Shown here: piece after piece, positions 28,459 through 37,822 of the stretch | Layout of the letters: the number at the start of each line of letters is the position of its first letter | Position numbering within the stretch: position 1 is the stretch's first letter | Assembly: GCA_964368095.1 (NCBI GenBank) | Contig: CAYIZT010000001.1 | Location: forward strand, 1-62,776 | DNA from: an uncultured Methanosarcinales archaeon | Lineage (GTDB): Archaea > Nanobdellota > Nanobdellia > Woesearchaeales > GW2011-AR9 | Length of the DNA: 62,776 bases | Direction of reading: 5' to 3' | Translations under genes and position numbers: made by a program | The notes under the pieces: generated by a model | The model's database searches: none | What the model was told of the DNA's origin: nothing | The model's input: only the letters and a program-made list of their open reading frames with translations

Positions 28459-29211
28459 TTAAGAGGGCTGCTGATATAAATACTTTTCTAGTATTTTATC
28501 CCTCATCTTTCTATACACAACATCCATGACCCCTTTCAGATTTTCAATATCTTCCTTATTGTAATCAACTAACAATTCCAGATATTCCCGGTCTCCGGAA
28601 GCATGGAATGCTTTCCATAATTCCACCGGATTTCCGTAAAGGTGTGAAGGCCGTTTCAGGTTCAACATTTTCTCTACTTCTTTTAATCCCCCTTTCAGAT
28701 TCAATTTCACACACAAAGGTTTCAGGTCAATATGCGGCATCTTTACTTCCAATCGCAGTTGCTTCTTCAGTTTGGGCAGGTCAAATGCTCCTCCGTTAAA
28801 AGTTATCAGCAGCTTATACTTTCTCAACTCTCTCTCCAACAAATTCCTTTCCAGATTAAATCCTTTCACAAAGGTATTGGTATTGTAATAATTAGAAATT
28901 CCCGCCACCACAACATTCCCATATGAATCAGTTTCAATATCCAGAAAACAACAATCTTCCTTAAAATACTGATACAATCTCCACATCTCTTTTGCCGGAA
29001 GCTTTCCTACAAAATAAGCGGCATTTTCTTCCGACAATGCCTGTTGCGCTTCCCTGATTTTTCGGTTATAAAATTCTTTTTTGGCCGCCGCGATTCCTGT
29101 TACTTTGTCCCGTGCTAAGAATTCCCGCCAGTCTTTAATTCCCTGCTTCCAGAAAGAATTTTCTCTCGCAATACTGCACTTTTCCAAAAATACAAACGAT
29201 TCCTGAATCAT
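28459..29211 (-). CDS. RNase H-like 3'-5' exonuclease (YprB/COG3359-like)
   Basis: The FLDIET, ITFNGGAFDLP and YNKEDIENL motifs follow a DEDD-type exonuclease order. Confidence 0.6.
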   Translation of the reverse strand: MIQESFVFLEKCSIARENSFWKQGIKDWREFLARDKVTGIAAAKKEFYNRKIREAQQALSEENAAYFVGKLPAKEMWRLYQYFKEDCCFLDIETDSYGNVVVAGISNYYNTNTFVKGFNLERNLLERELRKYKLLITFNGGAFDLPKLKKQLRLEVKMPHIDLKPLCVKLNLKGGLKEVEKMLNLKRPSHLYGNPVELWKAFHASGDREYLELLVDYNKEDIENLKGVMDVVYRKMRDKILEKYLYQQPS

Positions 29212-29217
29212 GGATAA

Positions 29218-30303
29218 CTATAGATCAATAGTAATAATTTTCTTTTCTAAATTGATCTTGCTTATTTTTTTCTCTTTCTTCAATTCCTTGGCAATCTCAG
29301 CCCAATTTTTACTTTTCCGCAATTGTTCTACGATCTCCCGCAGCTTTTGTAAGGCAGTATATTTCTCGTAGATCAGTTCTCCTTTCTGAGAACCAATACT
29401 TATCTTTTCTTCTTGATTCTTGATTGCTTCTTCCTGTTCGGCGATGGTCCGTTGTAAAGTTTTTATCTTGTTCTGATACGGAGACAGTTTCTCGGATAAC
29501 TTCAGCGTATCAATCGCTTCATTGTAAGTTTCCTTCTCTAGCAGCGGCTTTTTCTCCAGCAGCGGGAAAGGAGTGATTTCATTTTCGTAGATATATCCTT
29601 TTGGCGTGCTTATCGCAAGTACAAAATTCTTTAGCGTACCTATCAGCCTTTCTATTTCTTTTGCGGTTACCTTGCTGGGGGTTTCATTTAGATCAACTTC
29701 CGCTTGCCGGCAGAGCTCTTCTGCATACAAGCCGCCTAAACCTATCTCTGTTGCCAATGAGGTAGCCAAATTCCGTTTCTCGCTTTTCTTCAGGATCTCC
29801 TGCAGTTTTTTGGCCGCCAATTCTTTCCAATTTATCTCTAACGGCGGGAAGGCATATTTTTCCTTTGGTTTGACAGTCCTGTCTTTCCATTCCTGGCTTT
29901 CTAAGACAGTAATGATGATATTTTTTGCATCAGTAAGAATGATGTTCCCTTTGGAAAAAAGTTCAATAATCAAAAAATACTTCTCCGTTTTCTCAAGTTC
30001 AAAAATTACTGCTCTCTCAGATCCTTGCTGATACAAATCTTTAATGATTGCATTATCAATATATTTCCGCAGCTGCATGCAGAATCCAGATGGTTTTAAG
30101 GCGCTTTCTTTTTGCTTAGTGAGACAAAGCCATTTTCCTGAAATAATCTTCAGCAGCTGTTTCCCTTTTCCAGGAGCATGCAGCTGCAATAGCAATACGT
30201 TGGTTTCCGGGTGATAAATCTGAGATAATTTTCCATTTACCAAAAATTGCAGCTCATTGACCAATGCAGTAAGTTCCAAGGAAGAGATGGATTTTTTTGA
30301 CAT
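29218..30303 (-). CDS. NFACT-N (Rqc2/RqcH/FbpA-like) protein, short form
   Basis: LELTALVNELQFLVNGKLSQIYHPETNVLLLQLH matches the NFACT-N start, followed by a coiled-coil region. At 361 aa it lacks the C-terminal NFACT-R/C part. Confidence 0.55.
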   Translation of the reverse strand: MSKKSISSLELTALVNELQFLVNGKLSQIYHPETNVLLLQLHAPGKGKQLLKIISGKWLCLTKQKESALKPSGFCMQLRKYIDNAIIKDLYQQGSERAVIFELEKTEKYFLIIELFSKGNIILTDAKNIIITVLESQEWKDRTVKPKEKYAFPPLEINWKELAAKKLQEILKKSEKRNLATSLATEIGLGGLYAEELCRQAEVDLNETPSKVTAKEIERLIGTLKNFVLAISTPKGYIYENEITPFPLLEKKPLLEKETYNEAIDTLKLSEKLSPYQNKIKTLQRTIAEQEEAIKNQEEKISIGSQKGELIYEKYTALQKLREIVEQLRKSKNWAEIAKELKKEKKISKINLEKKIITIDL

Positions 30304-30427
30304 GAAGAATAAATAATCTCTGGCCTTAAAAATCTTGCTTTAAATGAAAAGAGCAGAAATCCCTGTCATTCCCTAAAAAATGCCCATGCATTTTTGTGGC
30401 CCCGGAAGCTCACACCCGTGTATATGG

Positions 30428-32122
30428 TTAGAAATAGCCGCTTTTAAGGATTTTCCTTATATTCGGCTGGCGCAGCTCTTCTGGCCTGGTGGTGTGGACA
30501 TGAAGGTCTTTCACTATTCCGCTCTGGCAAGTAATACCTGCCCTTACCCACCGCCAGCTGGTTTCGTTTTCATCACAGGTGCCGCATTCATGAGCGACGT
30601 ACTCTGCCGGTCCGCCCATAGATACTATATTGTTCAGGAATGTATGTAAATCAGTTCTGGTATCCATAAATCTTGCGGGATACATCTTTCCATCAGCGGT
30701 AACCACATATGGGAAATCAGGGTTAGCTTCTATAATCCCATCTCCAGGCGTGCAGGCAGCACTGCTGGAATGCGGAAGCAAAATCCCTTGCTCAATTTTA
30801 TTATCTTGTAAATATTTAACAAATTGCCGGAACATCTCTCTCTTAGTCTTTGTCGTAGATGAAGTGTATTCAATTTCCAGATTAGAAATTCTTGGTTGAG
30901 AGACCGGATCATTACCGTCGCGGGGATATCCAATCCTGGCATCTCCGGGCATGATTTTCGTTCCCGTCAATCTGCTTAAATGATAAGCACCATTCCTATC
31001 GGTCAAGTATCCGCGTATTATCCCATTTTCTACCAGCAATCTTCGTTTCGCGGGAACTCCTTCATGATCAAATTTCATGCTTCCCCATTTTCCTTCCAAC
31101 CCCGGATTAGAATAAACCTGCAGATTAGGATTAGTACACATCTTTCCGTAATTTTCCCAACCTAAACTGGTAGAATCAAAATTCAGTATTTCATCGGAAG
31201 CAAGGAAATGTGCAAAACATTCATGCAGATGTGTCTCCATCGCTCCCTGATATAGCAACGCCGGATAAAGGCCGTTTGTCACTTCCACGGTATTTCTCTT
31301 TCGTTTGTTGACTTCTGTTGACATCCATCTCGCTAACCCTAACATCCTTTTTTCGATAGTTTCAGTATTTTCATTGGTAAAATACATATATTGAGAAAAT
31401 TTCATGGGTGCATCTTTCTTGCTGCCGCCGCGGGTTTCAACTTCGAATGTTACTGCATAGCCAAAAAATCCTTCCCGGATGACTGTCCCTTCTGAAGTAG
31501 CAAGGCGGCGCGTTTCATCATGAACCTGCATGGAAACTCTTCCGTCGTTGCCGTTTCTGCTTAAGATTTCTGAACAGGTTTTAGTTATATCTGCTAATCG
31601 TCTAGTGGGGATCAATTTTTTTACTAAAGGAGTTATCTCTTCCAAATACCTGGCTGGTTGGATTGGACTTAAGTTGGGTACGATTACCGAATTATCCCAT
31701 TTTGAAGAGCTTACAAACCCATCATAACTATCAGAAGCTTCCCTAAAAACGCCGTTGCCTAAGGGACCGTCAATCATAAGGTCTATCCTTTCACCAAGAG
31801 CGCCGACACTTCCCTTGAGAGGGGCTGAGTGCATATCATAGCCGATTCCTTGACCCCGCTCATTACCAAATCGCACTTCCCCGTATAAAACATTATCTTT
31901 GATGCGGGGATTCATCAATGTGTCATCGATTATTACTCCCAATTCTGCCTTTACTTCTGCAGTAGTATACTGTACATGGGTTAAAGCGACGTAATACAGG
32001 GATGTAGGATCTTTATAAGAATTAAACGGACTGATAATAACTCCCCGCCCCATATGTCTTTGGATACCATTCACTAAGGTATCCAATGTAGAATCATTTG
32101 TTTTTGTTAAATCTTGATTCAT
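30428..32122 (-). CDS. TldD/PmbA-family metallopeptidase-like protein
   Basis: 564 aa with HECFAH (an HExxxH-type site) and a Gly/Cys-rich C-terminal region similar to TldD. Confidence 0.5.
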   Translation of the reverse strand: MNQDLTKTNDSTLDTLVNGIQRHMGRGVIISPFNSYKDPTSLYYVALTHVQYTTAEVKAELGVIIDDTLMNPRIKDNVLYGEVRFGNERGQGIGYDMHSAPLKGSVGALGERIDLMIDGPLGNGVFREASDSYDGFVSSSKWDNSVIVPNLSPIQPARYLEEITPLVKKLIPTRRLADITKTCSEILSRNGNDGRVSMQVHDETRRLATSEGTVIREGFFGYAVTFEVETRGGSKKDAPMKFSQYMYFTNENTETIEKRMLGLARWMSTEVNKRKRNTVEVTNGLYPALLYQGAMETHLHECFAHFLASDEILNFDSTSLGWENYGKMCTNPNLQVYSNPGLEGKWGSMKFDHEGVPAKRRLLVENGIIRGYLTDRNGAYHLSRLTGTKIMPGDARIGYPRDGNDPVSQPRISNLEIEYTSSTTKTKREMFRQFVKYLQDNKIEQGILLPHSSSAACTPGDGIIEANPDFPYVVTADGKMYPARFMDTRTDLHTFLNNIVSMGGPAEYVAHECGTCDENETSWRWVRAGITCQSGIVKDLHVHTTRPEELRQPNIRKILKSGYF

Positions 32123-32178
32123 TTTACTTTTTTTTTGCTAAAATGTTAGTATTTAAACTTTATGTGCTTACAGTAAAT

Positions 32179-32789
32179 AAAAGAATTGCTTAAATTTCAG
32201 GCACAAGAAATGTGAAAATATCAACATTTCTGTGCAGAAAGACCTTGTCTTTCTTGCATCCCAGCAATTCTTAATTTCAATTTTTGGGCCGTAGCAAGCT
32301 ACGGGGTACAAGAAAAGAAGAAACTACTTCTTTTCTGTACAGAAGGCTACGCTTTCTTGTATTAGACCCAAAATTGAAATAAAAATAAGCGCCCGGAGGG
32401 AAAGTCGAAGCTCCGCTTCTAGTTTTGTTCCACGGAAACTTACTCGAACCCTCGATCTGTTCCTCTGCAGGGAACCGCTTTAGCCGCTTAGCCACGGACG
32501 CATATTAAAGCCAGAATAAAGATTATTTATATAGTTTTGGGCATAAAGCATATTTATTGTTCAATCATCTATTGTTTAATCTCCTTATTTATTCCAGAAT
32601 ACTCCTTTGCTTGTTATGGTTGGGATTTTTATTTCAATTTTGGGTATAATACCCCGTAGCTTGCTACGACCCAAAAATTGAAATTAAGAATTGCTGGTCA
32701 CGAAGTGAAAATTTCAGGCAATACCCCACAGCTTGCTGTGAAGTGAGCGAAGCGAACGATGGGATGCCTGAAATTTAAGCAATTCTTTT
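32179..32789. repeat. Three nested inverted-repeat pairs enclosing tRNA-Cys
   Basis: Pair A: 32179-32203 and 32765-32789, 25 nt, perfect. Pair B: 32261-32308 and 32650-32697, 48 nt, 1 mismatch. Pair C: 32366-32386 and 32625-32645, 21 nt, perfect. Perfect local hairpins occur at 32236-32254 and 32311-32336. Confidence 0.85.
32388..32501 (-). tRNA. tRNA-Cys (anticodon GCA) with a ~41-nt insertion in the T arm
   Basis: The minus strand reads GCGTCCG-TG-GCTA-AGCGGCTA-AAGC-G-GTTCC-CTGCAGA-GGAAC-AGATC-GAGGG-TTCGA[insert]..CCCTC-CGGGCGC-T. The discriminator is U73, as expected for Cys. The exact insert boundaries are ambiguous because TTCGA is repeated. Confidence 0.65.
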
Positions 32790-33564
32790 ATTTGTTACTC
32801 AGCCACTTTACATAGGAGTATAATATCACCGAAAGATTAACCATCCTCATATTGGCGTTATAAGCGGCGTCCACGCCTTTCTTGATCTTCAGAATATTCT
32901 GCTCAATCGCTTCGACTCGCTGTAATTCCTCTGTCGGGAGTCTTCGTTTGATGGTATTAAAATCAACCTTATTATACTCTTCTTCTAAAGAGACATGGAA
33001 AAAGAATCCTTTTTGCATACTTTCCAATAAACCATTGACTTGAGCGACAGGACCTTCATGTACCATATCCGGAGCATGGAACACAAACCCTTGATTGCGC
33101 AGTAAAAACTGGAATAAGCCTTTCACTTCTTCATTTACCCGCAACTTTTCTTCTTGAGTGCGCAATTTAGGGATCTGATTCAGCAACTCCGCTAAGGCTG
33201 AGGAGGAAGTAGCCTGCCACACCTGCACTTGTTGCAAATAGGATAAATTACTCTCCAATGCCGCAGTGATCGGAGCTAAGGCTTGGGTGGCTCGCTGCAG
33301 ACTGACTGCTTCGTATAGCTCTGATCCTAATTGCGCTAATGATTTAATAGACTCAATAGTGGGCTCAACCAAGGCTGCTGTTTCTTCGATAACCTGTAGT
33401 TCGCTGGAAGAGACAAAAAATTCGCAGAACGCTTCTTCCATCACCTCTTCTTTGAGCGGAAGCTTTACTTTTTCTCTTAAATCTCGGACAAGATACACGC
33501 TTTCCAAATCAGCCATCTTGGCCGAGAGATGAGTAAGCTGATGAATGTATAACATGGTTTTCAC
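32788..33564 (-). CDS. Hypothetical helical protein
   Basis: 258-aa ORF that overlaps the stop of the upstream zinc-ribbon gene by 4 nt. Confidence 0.45.
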   Translation of the reverse strand: MKTMLYIHQLTHLSAKMADLESVYLVRDLREKVKLPLKEEVMEEAFCEFFVSSSELQVIEETAALVEPTIESIKSLAQLGSELYEAVSLQRATQALAPITAALESNLSYLQQVQVWQATSSSALAELLNQIPKLRTQEEKLRVNEEVKGLFQFLLRNQGFVFHAPDMVHEGPVAQVNGLLESMQKGFFFHVSLEEEYNKVDFNTIKRRLPTEELQRVEAIEQNILKIKKGVDAAYNANMRMVNLSVILYSYVKWLSNK

Positions 33565-33923
33565 ACCCTTGCGCCAGGAGCTCCCGGTCCTTTGCTCAGT
33601 ACTTTTTGTAAGCGGTCAGTTTTTCCGCAATAAGGGCACTGCAGGTTGTAGGTCAAACCGGCTCTGGAATTATCAGCTCTGAAATTATAATTACAGCGGG
33701 TGCAGTTATATTTGACTAAGGCAGAAGGTATCAGATTCTTTGCCTTCAAGTCAGTAGTGGGGATATTCCCTGCGCTTGCTTTCTTAAGTTCCTCACAGCA
33801 ATTCATGCAGACTAAGAAATTCTTATTATCACTTTTAGGATATAATCGTACTTGATCAAGAAGAACAACTCCTTTGCATCGTTCGCATGTTCTTGTTTTG
33901 CGAATATCCATCATCTCACCCAA
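33561..33923 (-). CDS. Double zinc-ribbon protein
   Basis: CERCKG...CMNCC and CTRCNY...CPYCG form four CxxC pairs. Confidence 0.5.
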   Translation of the reverse strand: MGEMMDIRKTRTCERCKGVVLLDQVRLYPKSDNKNFLVCMNCCEELKKASAGNIPTTDLKAKNLIPSALVKYNCTRCNYNFRADNSRAGLTYNLQCPYCGKTDRLQKVLSKGPGAPGARV

Positions 33924-34085
33924 AGTTGCTTACGGACAGGATATATTTAAAGATATCTACGGTTGAGAATAATTGTGAGATCCAAAAATTATTTCGTGCT
34001 GAGGATTCTGTCCTGAATGAGGTTAACATCTATTTTGACAAATGCAAAAGTATTATATATCTATTAAAAATATTAGACTAATATA

Positions 34086-34718
34086 ATGGTCAGCCTTTTG
34101 AACATTATTGAAAACCAGTTGGAAACAAATCTAAATGTTACTATCATCCGTAAAGAAGAAGAACTAAACTTTCAAAGGCAGATTACTTTAAGTGCGCCGA
34201 AGCCACTAAAACAAGATTCTCATCGAGTTTGGTACCATATCGCTCCAACCATCGGATTATACACTGCAGATGAATTAGATATATTCATGAAGATGCTTGT
34301 TCCAAATTTAAAGCCTGATCATTACCTCTCTCCTTATGAAGATAAAAGTAAATTAGCCATCCAGTGGCAATACTTTACTGAAAATATCGGAATTGAAAAA
34401 ATAACCGTGGCAGAAGAATTAGAACTCTTTGATATAGAGATGGCTAGCGAAGGCAGTATAATGGGGCTTGAAGATGGTAAGAGGAAGACGGTAAATACGT
34501 ACGAACTAATCCATCAAAGAAAAATATTTATCAAGACCTATCCGGACGCTGTCCTAGCAAAAGATATGCTTGAAGGAAAATTCGGGGCCAATAAAGATTC
34601 AGGCACCAGGTACCAACGAGACATTCCCAAAGAAGCGCTTTACAACACTTATCTCCCTGATAACCATTGTCTAAAACCAAAAAAGAAACAAGGCCTGCTA
34701 GCAAGGTTATTTTCTTAG
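34086..34718 (+). CDS. Hypothetical protein
   Basis: 210-aa ORF with no recognised motif. Confidence 0.45.
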   Translation: MVSLLNIIENQLETNLNVTIIRKEEELNFQRQITLSAPKPLKQDSHRVWYHIAPTIGLYTADELDIFMKMLVPNLKPDHYLSPYEDKSKLAIQWQYFTENIGIEKITVAEELELFDIEMASEGSIMGLEDGKRKTVNTYELIHQRKIFIKTYPDAVLAKDMLEGKFGANKDSGTRYQRDIPKEALYNTYLPDNHCLKPKKKQGLLARLFS

Positions 34719-34909
34719 ACTTTTCTTAGAAGGAAGTGTTATATCTAAAATCTTATTGAAACCTATTTCTTCAACCATATAAATGTTTATAAACTTTTTA
34801 CCCACGTTCCTGAACATAGAAAAAGTGAGGGTGATATTACCTGGTGACAAAAAAACCAAGGATTTTTTTGAAACCCTCAAAAAAAACAGAAAACAAGGGG
34901 TGTTTTTTG

Positions 34910-36169
34910 ATGGAACAAAAACAATTAGATGAACTTGAAGATTCTTTTTTTGGAGAGGAATTTATTGAGGATCTTGAAGATCTTCCTCCAGCAACTGCCT
35001 CCAAGAGCCAGGATATAAAAATTGAGCCTCGCGAACATGCTCCGGAACTGCGTCTGCATAAAACGCAGAAGAAAGCAAGTTCTCTCTTGGTTAAGAAGAG
35101 TTTGGCAAAGAAAAGTGAAAAAAGCGCTGTGGTCAAGCTTAAACCGATGGTAATGGAAGAAAAACTTGCTGCAGTTGAAAAAGCTGATGAAGCAAAAGAA
35201 TCGCTTAAGGATAAAAAAGGCTTTGAAGCTTCCCCTAAGAAGGAAACGATGCCTAAAAAAGAAACAGTGACGATTAACATCAAGCCAGCAAAAGAATCTT
35301 TAAAGGAAACAACAAAAGAGACTAAACCGATGGTGGAAACTTCCTCACCGATCAATCCGTGGGAGGACGATCATAAGAGTTCAGGCTTATTTAAGGAAGC
35401 ATCTACCTGGAAAGCATTGACCGGACTAGCTTTGGTTTTATTGGTCTTGTCCTTATTTACTCAGGGATTTAATTTTTCTGAAAAGGGTGCGGTAACCGGC
35501 GCAGCAACAGTAAGCCTTCCGGAAGCCGAACAAAAAGTATTGGAATATGTAAATACCCAACTGCTTCAGTTTCCTTTTCAAGCTGAAGTGCAGTCTTCTG
35601 AAGAATTAGATTCATTATATAAAGTGACCTTGGCCGTGGCCGGGCAAACAGTTGATTCTTACCTTACCAAGGATGGCAAATTGTTTTTCCCACAGGGATT
35701 GGATACGGATAAAGATGTTCTTGATACTAAAGTTGAAGAGAATACAGCCAAACCTAAAGAAGTCAATCCTAAAGAAGCCGATTCTAAACAATTAGATGTG
35801 GAAGTAGATGTCGAAACCGAACCAGCCGTCAGTGATCCAGATCTTGCTACAGGAACTCCTGAAGAAAAGGGGGAATCATCGAGCGACTCTGCAACCGAGG
35901 GAACAACCAAATTAACTCTTAACGCTAAGAAATGGGTTTTCCAGCCAAATGTGCTGAGAGTCAAGAAGGGAAGTAAGGTAGCTCTTACTGTAGTTCCTTC
36001 AGGATTAGATTTCACCTTTGCGGTTCCCTCTCTGGGAGTTGAGAAAAAAGTAGTCGGGACTACCGAAGTGGTTTTCACCGCAGATAAAGCAGGAACATAC
36101 GATTTTACCTGCGGCAGCTGTGAAGATTGGCGCGGGATGAGAGGAAACCTGGTAGTTGAATCAAAATAG
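34910..36169 (+). CDS. Membrane-anchored protein with a C-terminal cupredoxin-like domain
   Basis: Charged low-complexity N-terminus, a TM (LTGLALVLLVLSLFT), and a C-terminal LRVKKGSKVALTVV...TYDFTCGSCEDWRGMRGNLVV cupredoxin-like pattern. The track ORF starts at 34844. Confidence 0.6.
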   Translation: MEQKQLDELEDSFFGEEFIEDLEDLPPATASKSQDIKIEPREHAPELRLHKTQKKASSLLVKKSLAKKSEKSAVVKLKPMVMEEKLAAVEKADEAKESLKDKKGFEASPKKETMPKKETVTINIKPAKESLKETTKETKPMVETSSPINPWEDDHKSSGLFKEASTWKALTGLALVLLVLSLFTQGFNFSEKGAVTGAATVSLPEAEQKVLEYVNTQLLQFPFQAEVQSSEELDSLYKVTLAVAGQTVDSYLTKDGKLFFPQGLDTDKDVLDTKVEENTAKPKEVNPKEADSKQLDVEVDVETEPAVSDPDLATGTPEEKGESSSDSATEGTTKLTLNAKKWVFQPNVLRVKKGSKVALTVVPSGLDFTFAVPSLGVEKKVVGTTEVVFTADKAGTYDFTCGSCEDWRGMRGNLVVESK

Positions 36170-36228
36170 AAATATTTAATTATTTCTTTTATTTATTTTC
36201 TTAATTAAATGAATCAAGGGGTTGTTTA

Positions 36229-36768
36229 GTGGCAAAGACCGAAAAATTGTTTAGTAAAGTGATGATAGCGGTATTTTTAGTGATGCTGGTGTTAGGGTTT
36301 GTGGTGCCGGGCATACTTAACAGTTCTTCTGATTCTGCTGCAACAGAACCAAGAATCTGTAACACCGATGCGGATTGCTATCTGCTTTGTGAAGACAAAC
36401 CAGTAAACGTGTTATGCCTGCAGAATCTTTGTTTGGTAAATTCTTGCGAAGAAAAGAATTATTATGAATATGTTCAAAGTCCCGTTTCATTTACTGTACA
36501 GATCGAAAATGTTACTTTAGAAGAGCGAAGCAGTGAAAGGGACATATTTGTCAAATTTGCCGGAAATAAAGCCCAAGCGTTCACTTCTAAGCTGCCTCTA
36601 TATTATATATTGGAGAAAGCGGCCCTCGTCTTGGATACACAATGCCTGACTTTTGATAAGAAACAGTACTGTAGCAGTGACCTGCATATGAAAGTGAACG
36701 GAAACGAATCTACTGCCTTTGGCAATTACATCCCGCAGGAAGGAGATTTGATTGAGATAGATTACTAA
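36229..36768 (+). CDS. Membrane-anchored Cys-rich protein
   Basis: 179 aa with a GTG start, an N-terminal TM and the cluster CNTDADCYLLCEDKPVNVLCLQNLCLVNSC. Confidence 0.45.
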   Translation: MAKTEKLFSKVMIAVFLVMLVLGFVVPGILNSSSDSAATEPRICNTDADCYLLCEDKPVNVLCLQNLCLVNSCEEKNYYEYVQSPVSFTVQIENVTLEERSSERDIFVKFAGNKAQAFTSKLPLYYILEKAALVLDTQCLTFDKKQYCSSDLHMKVNGNESTAFGNYIPQEGDLIEIDY

Positions 36769-36857
36769 AATAATTTTTAATAAACTCTTCAAATAATGGC
36801 AAAGTATAGCTAAACTAGAGCTAAACAAGATAAGACGGGGCTAAAAAGCTAAAAAAT

Positions 36858-37388
36858 ATGGCTAAAAAATATGTTTTGACCGGGTCGGCGTATTCTGGAA
36901 AAACTTCCACTCTTAATGAGCTAGCTAGGCATGGATTTTCAATCGTGCCTGAAGCCGCAACGCTAGTAATTTCAGAACAGCTTGCCGTTGGTGGAGATAT
37001 TCTTCCTTGGGCTAAATTAGATGCTTTCTTAGAAGCATTGATTGAAAAGCAATTGGAATTAGAGGCAAAGATTCCTGCTGACAGCGAAATTGCTTTTCTT
37101 GATCGCGGAATACCTGATGAACTTGCCTATTTCAGATATTATGGGACTAGGACTAAAGTTCCGGTAGCCTATGTAAAAGCTTTCCAAGAGCATAGATATG
37201 ATGGGGTATTTGTATTTGACCTTATTCCTGGCTACCAACAAGATAAGATTCGTAGAGAGCCTCTAGAGATGGTGCGACAATTAAGAATTTTACATGAAGA
37301 AACGTATAGGGAACTAGGGTATGATGTGGCTGTCGTTCCTTTTATGTCTATAAGAGAAAGGGTGAACTTTGTAATTGACAGAATATAA
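36858..37388 (+). CDS. P-loop ATPase/kinase (AAA_28/NadR-like)
   Basis: LTGSAYSGKTST Walker A at the N-terminus. Size and layout match small AAA_28 proteins. Confidence 0.6.
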   Translation: MAKKYVLTGSAYSGKTSTLNELARHGFSIVPEAATLVISEQLAVGGDILPWAKLDAFLEALIEKQLELEAKIPADSEIAFLDRGIPDELAYFRYYGTRTKVPVAYVKAFQEHRYDGVFVFDLIPGYQQDKIRREPLEMVRQLRILHEETYRELGYDVAVVPFMSIRERVNFVIDRI

Positions 37389-37776
37389 ATTATCAAAATT
37401 GGAAGAAGCTCTTAGTAAATCTTGGGCCAAAGAGACTAGTTCTGATCCGGAAAGATGGAACCGTGATAATCCTGCTTGGGGCCAATGTGCAGTTACTGCG
37501 CTTATTGTCAATGATTATCTAGGCGGGGGAATTGTCTGGGCAGAAGCTAAGCATCCTGATGGAAAAGTTATTTCTCATTACTTTAACCGGATAGGAGAGC
37601 AAGAGATAGATTTGACCAGAAGACAATTTCCGGAAGGAACAATCATTCCTGCCGGCGTTGAGAAAAAGAAAACATATGCGTCAACCAGAGATTATGTCTT
37701 ATCCTTCCCAGCAACCAAACAACGTTATGAAATTTTGAAACAGAAGGTAGGAGAATATCTTATCCCTCATATTTAA
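37375..37776 (+). CDS. YunG-like hypothetical protein
   Basis: 133 aa with a TTG start. Contains NPAWGQCAVTALIVNDYLGG. Confidence 0.4.
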   Translation: MTEYKLSKLEEALSKSWAKETSSDPERWNRDNPAWGQCAVTALIVNDYLGGGIVWAEAKHPDGKVISHYFNRIGEQEIDLTRRQFPEGTIIPAGVEKKKTYASTRDYVLSFPATKQRYEILKQKVGEYLIPHI

Positions 37777-37822
37777 AATAAAATCCATAAGATTTAAAAT
37801 CTCATTGGCTTCTGGAAACAGC

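Noticed and set aside
28299-28529. 76-aa plus-strand ORF next to tRNA-Trp
   Set aside because: It starts just beyond the tRNA-Trp 5' end (28293) and ends within the 3' end of the exonuclease gene on the other strand. It has no SD and no motif.
32277-32495. 72-aa ORF on the minus strand
   Set aside because: It runs through tRNA-Cys and the inverted-repeat arms, so it is explained by RNA and repeat features.
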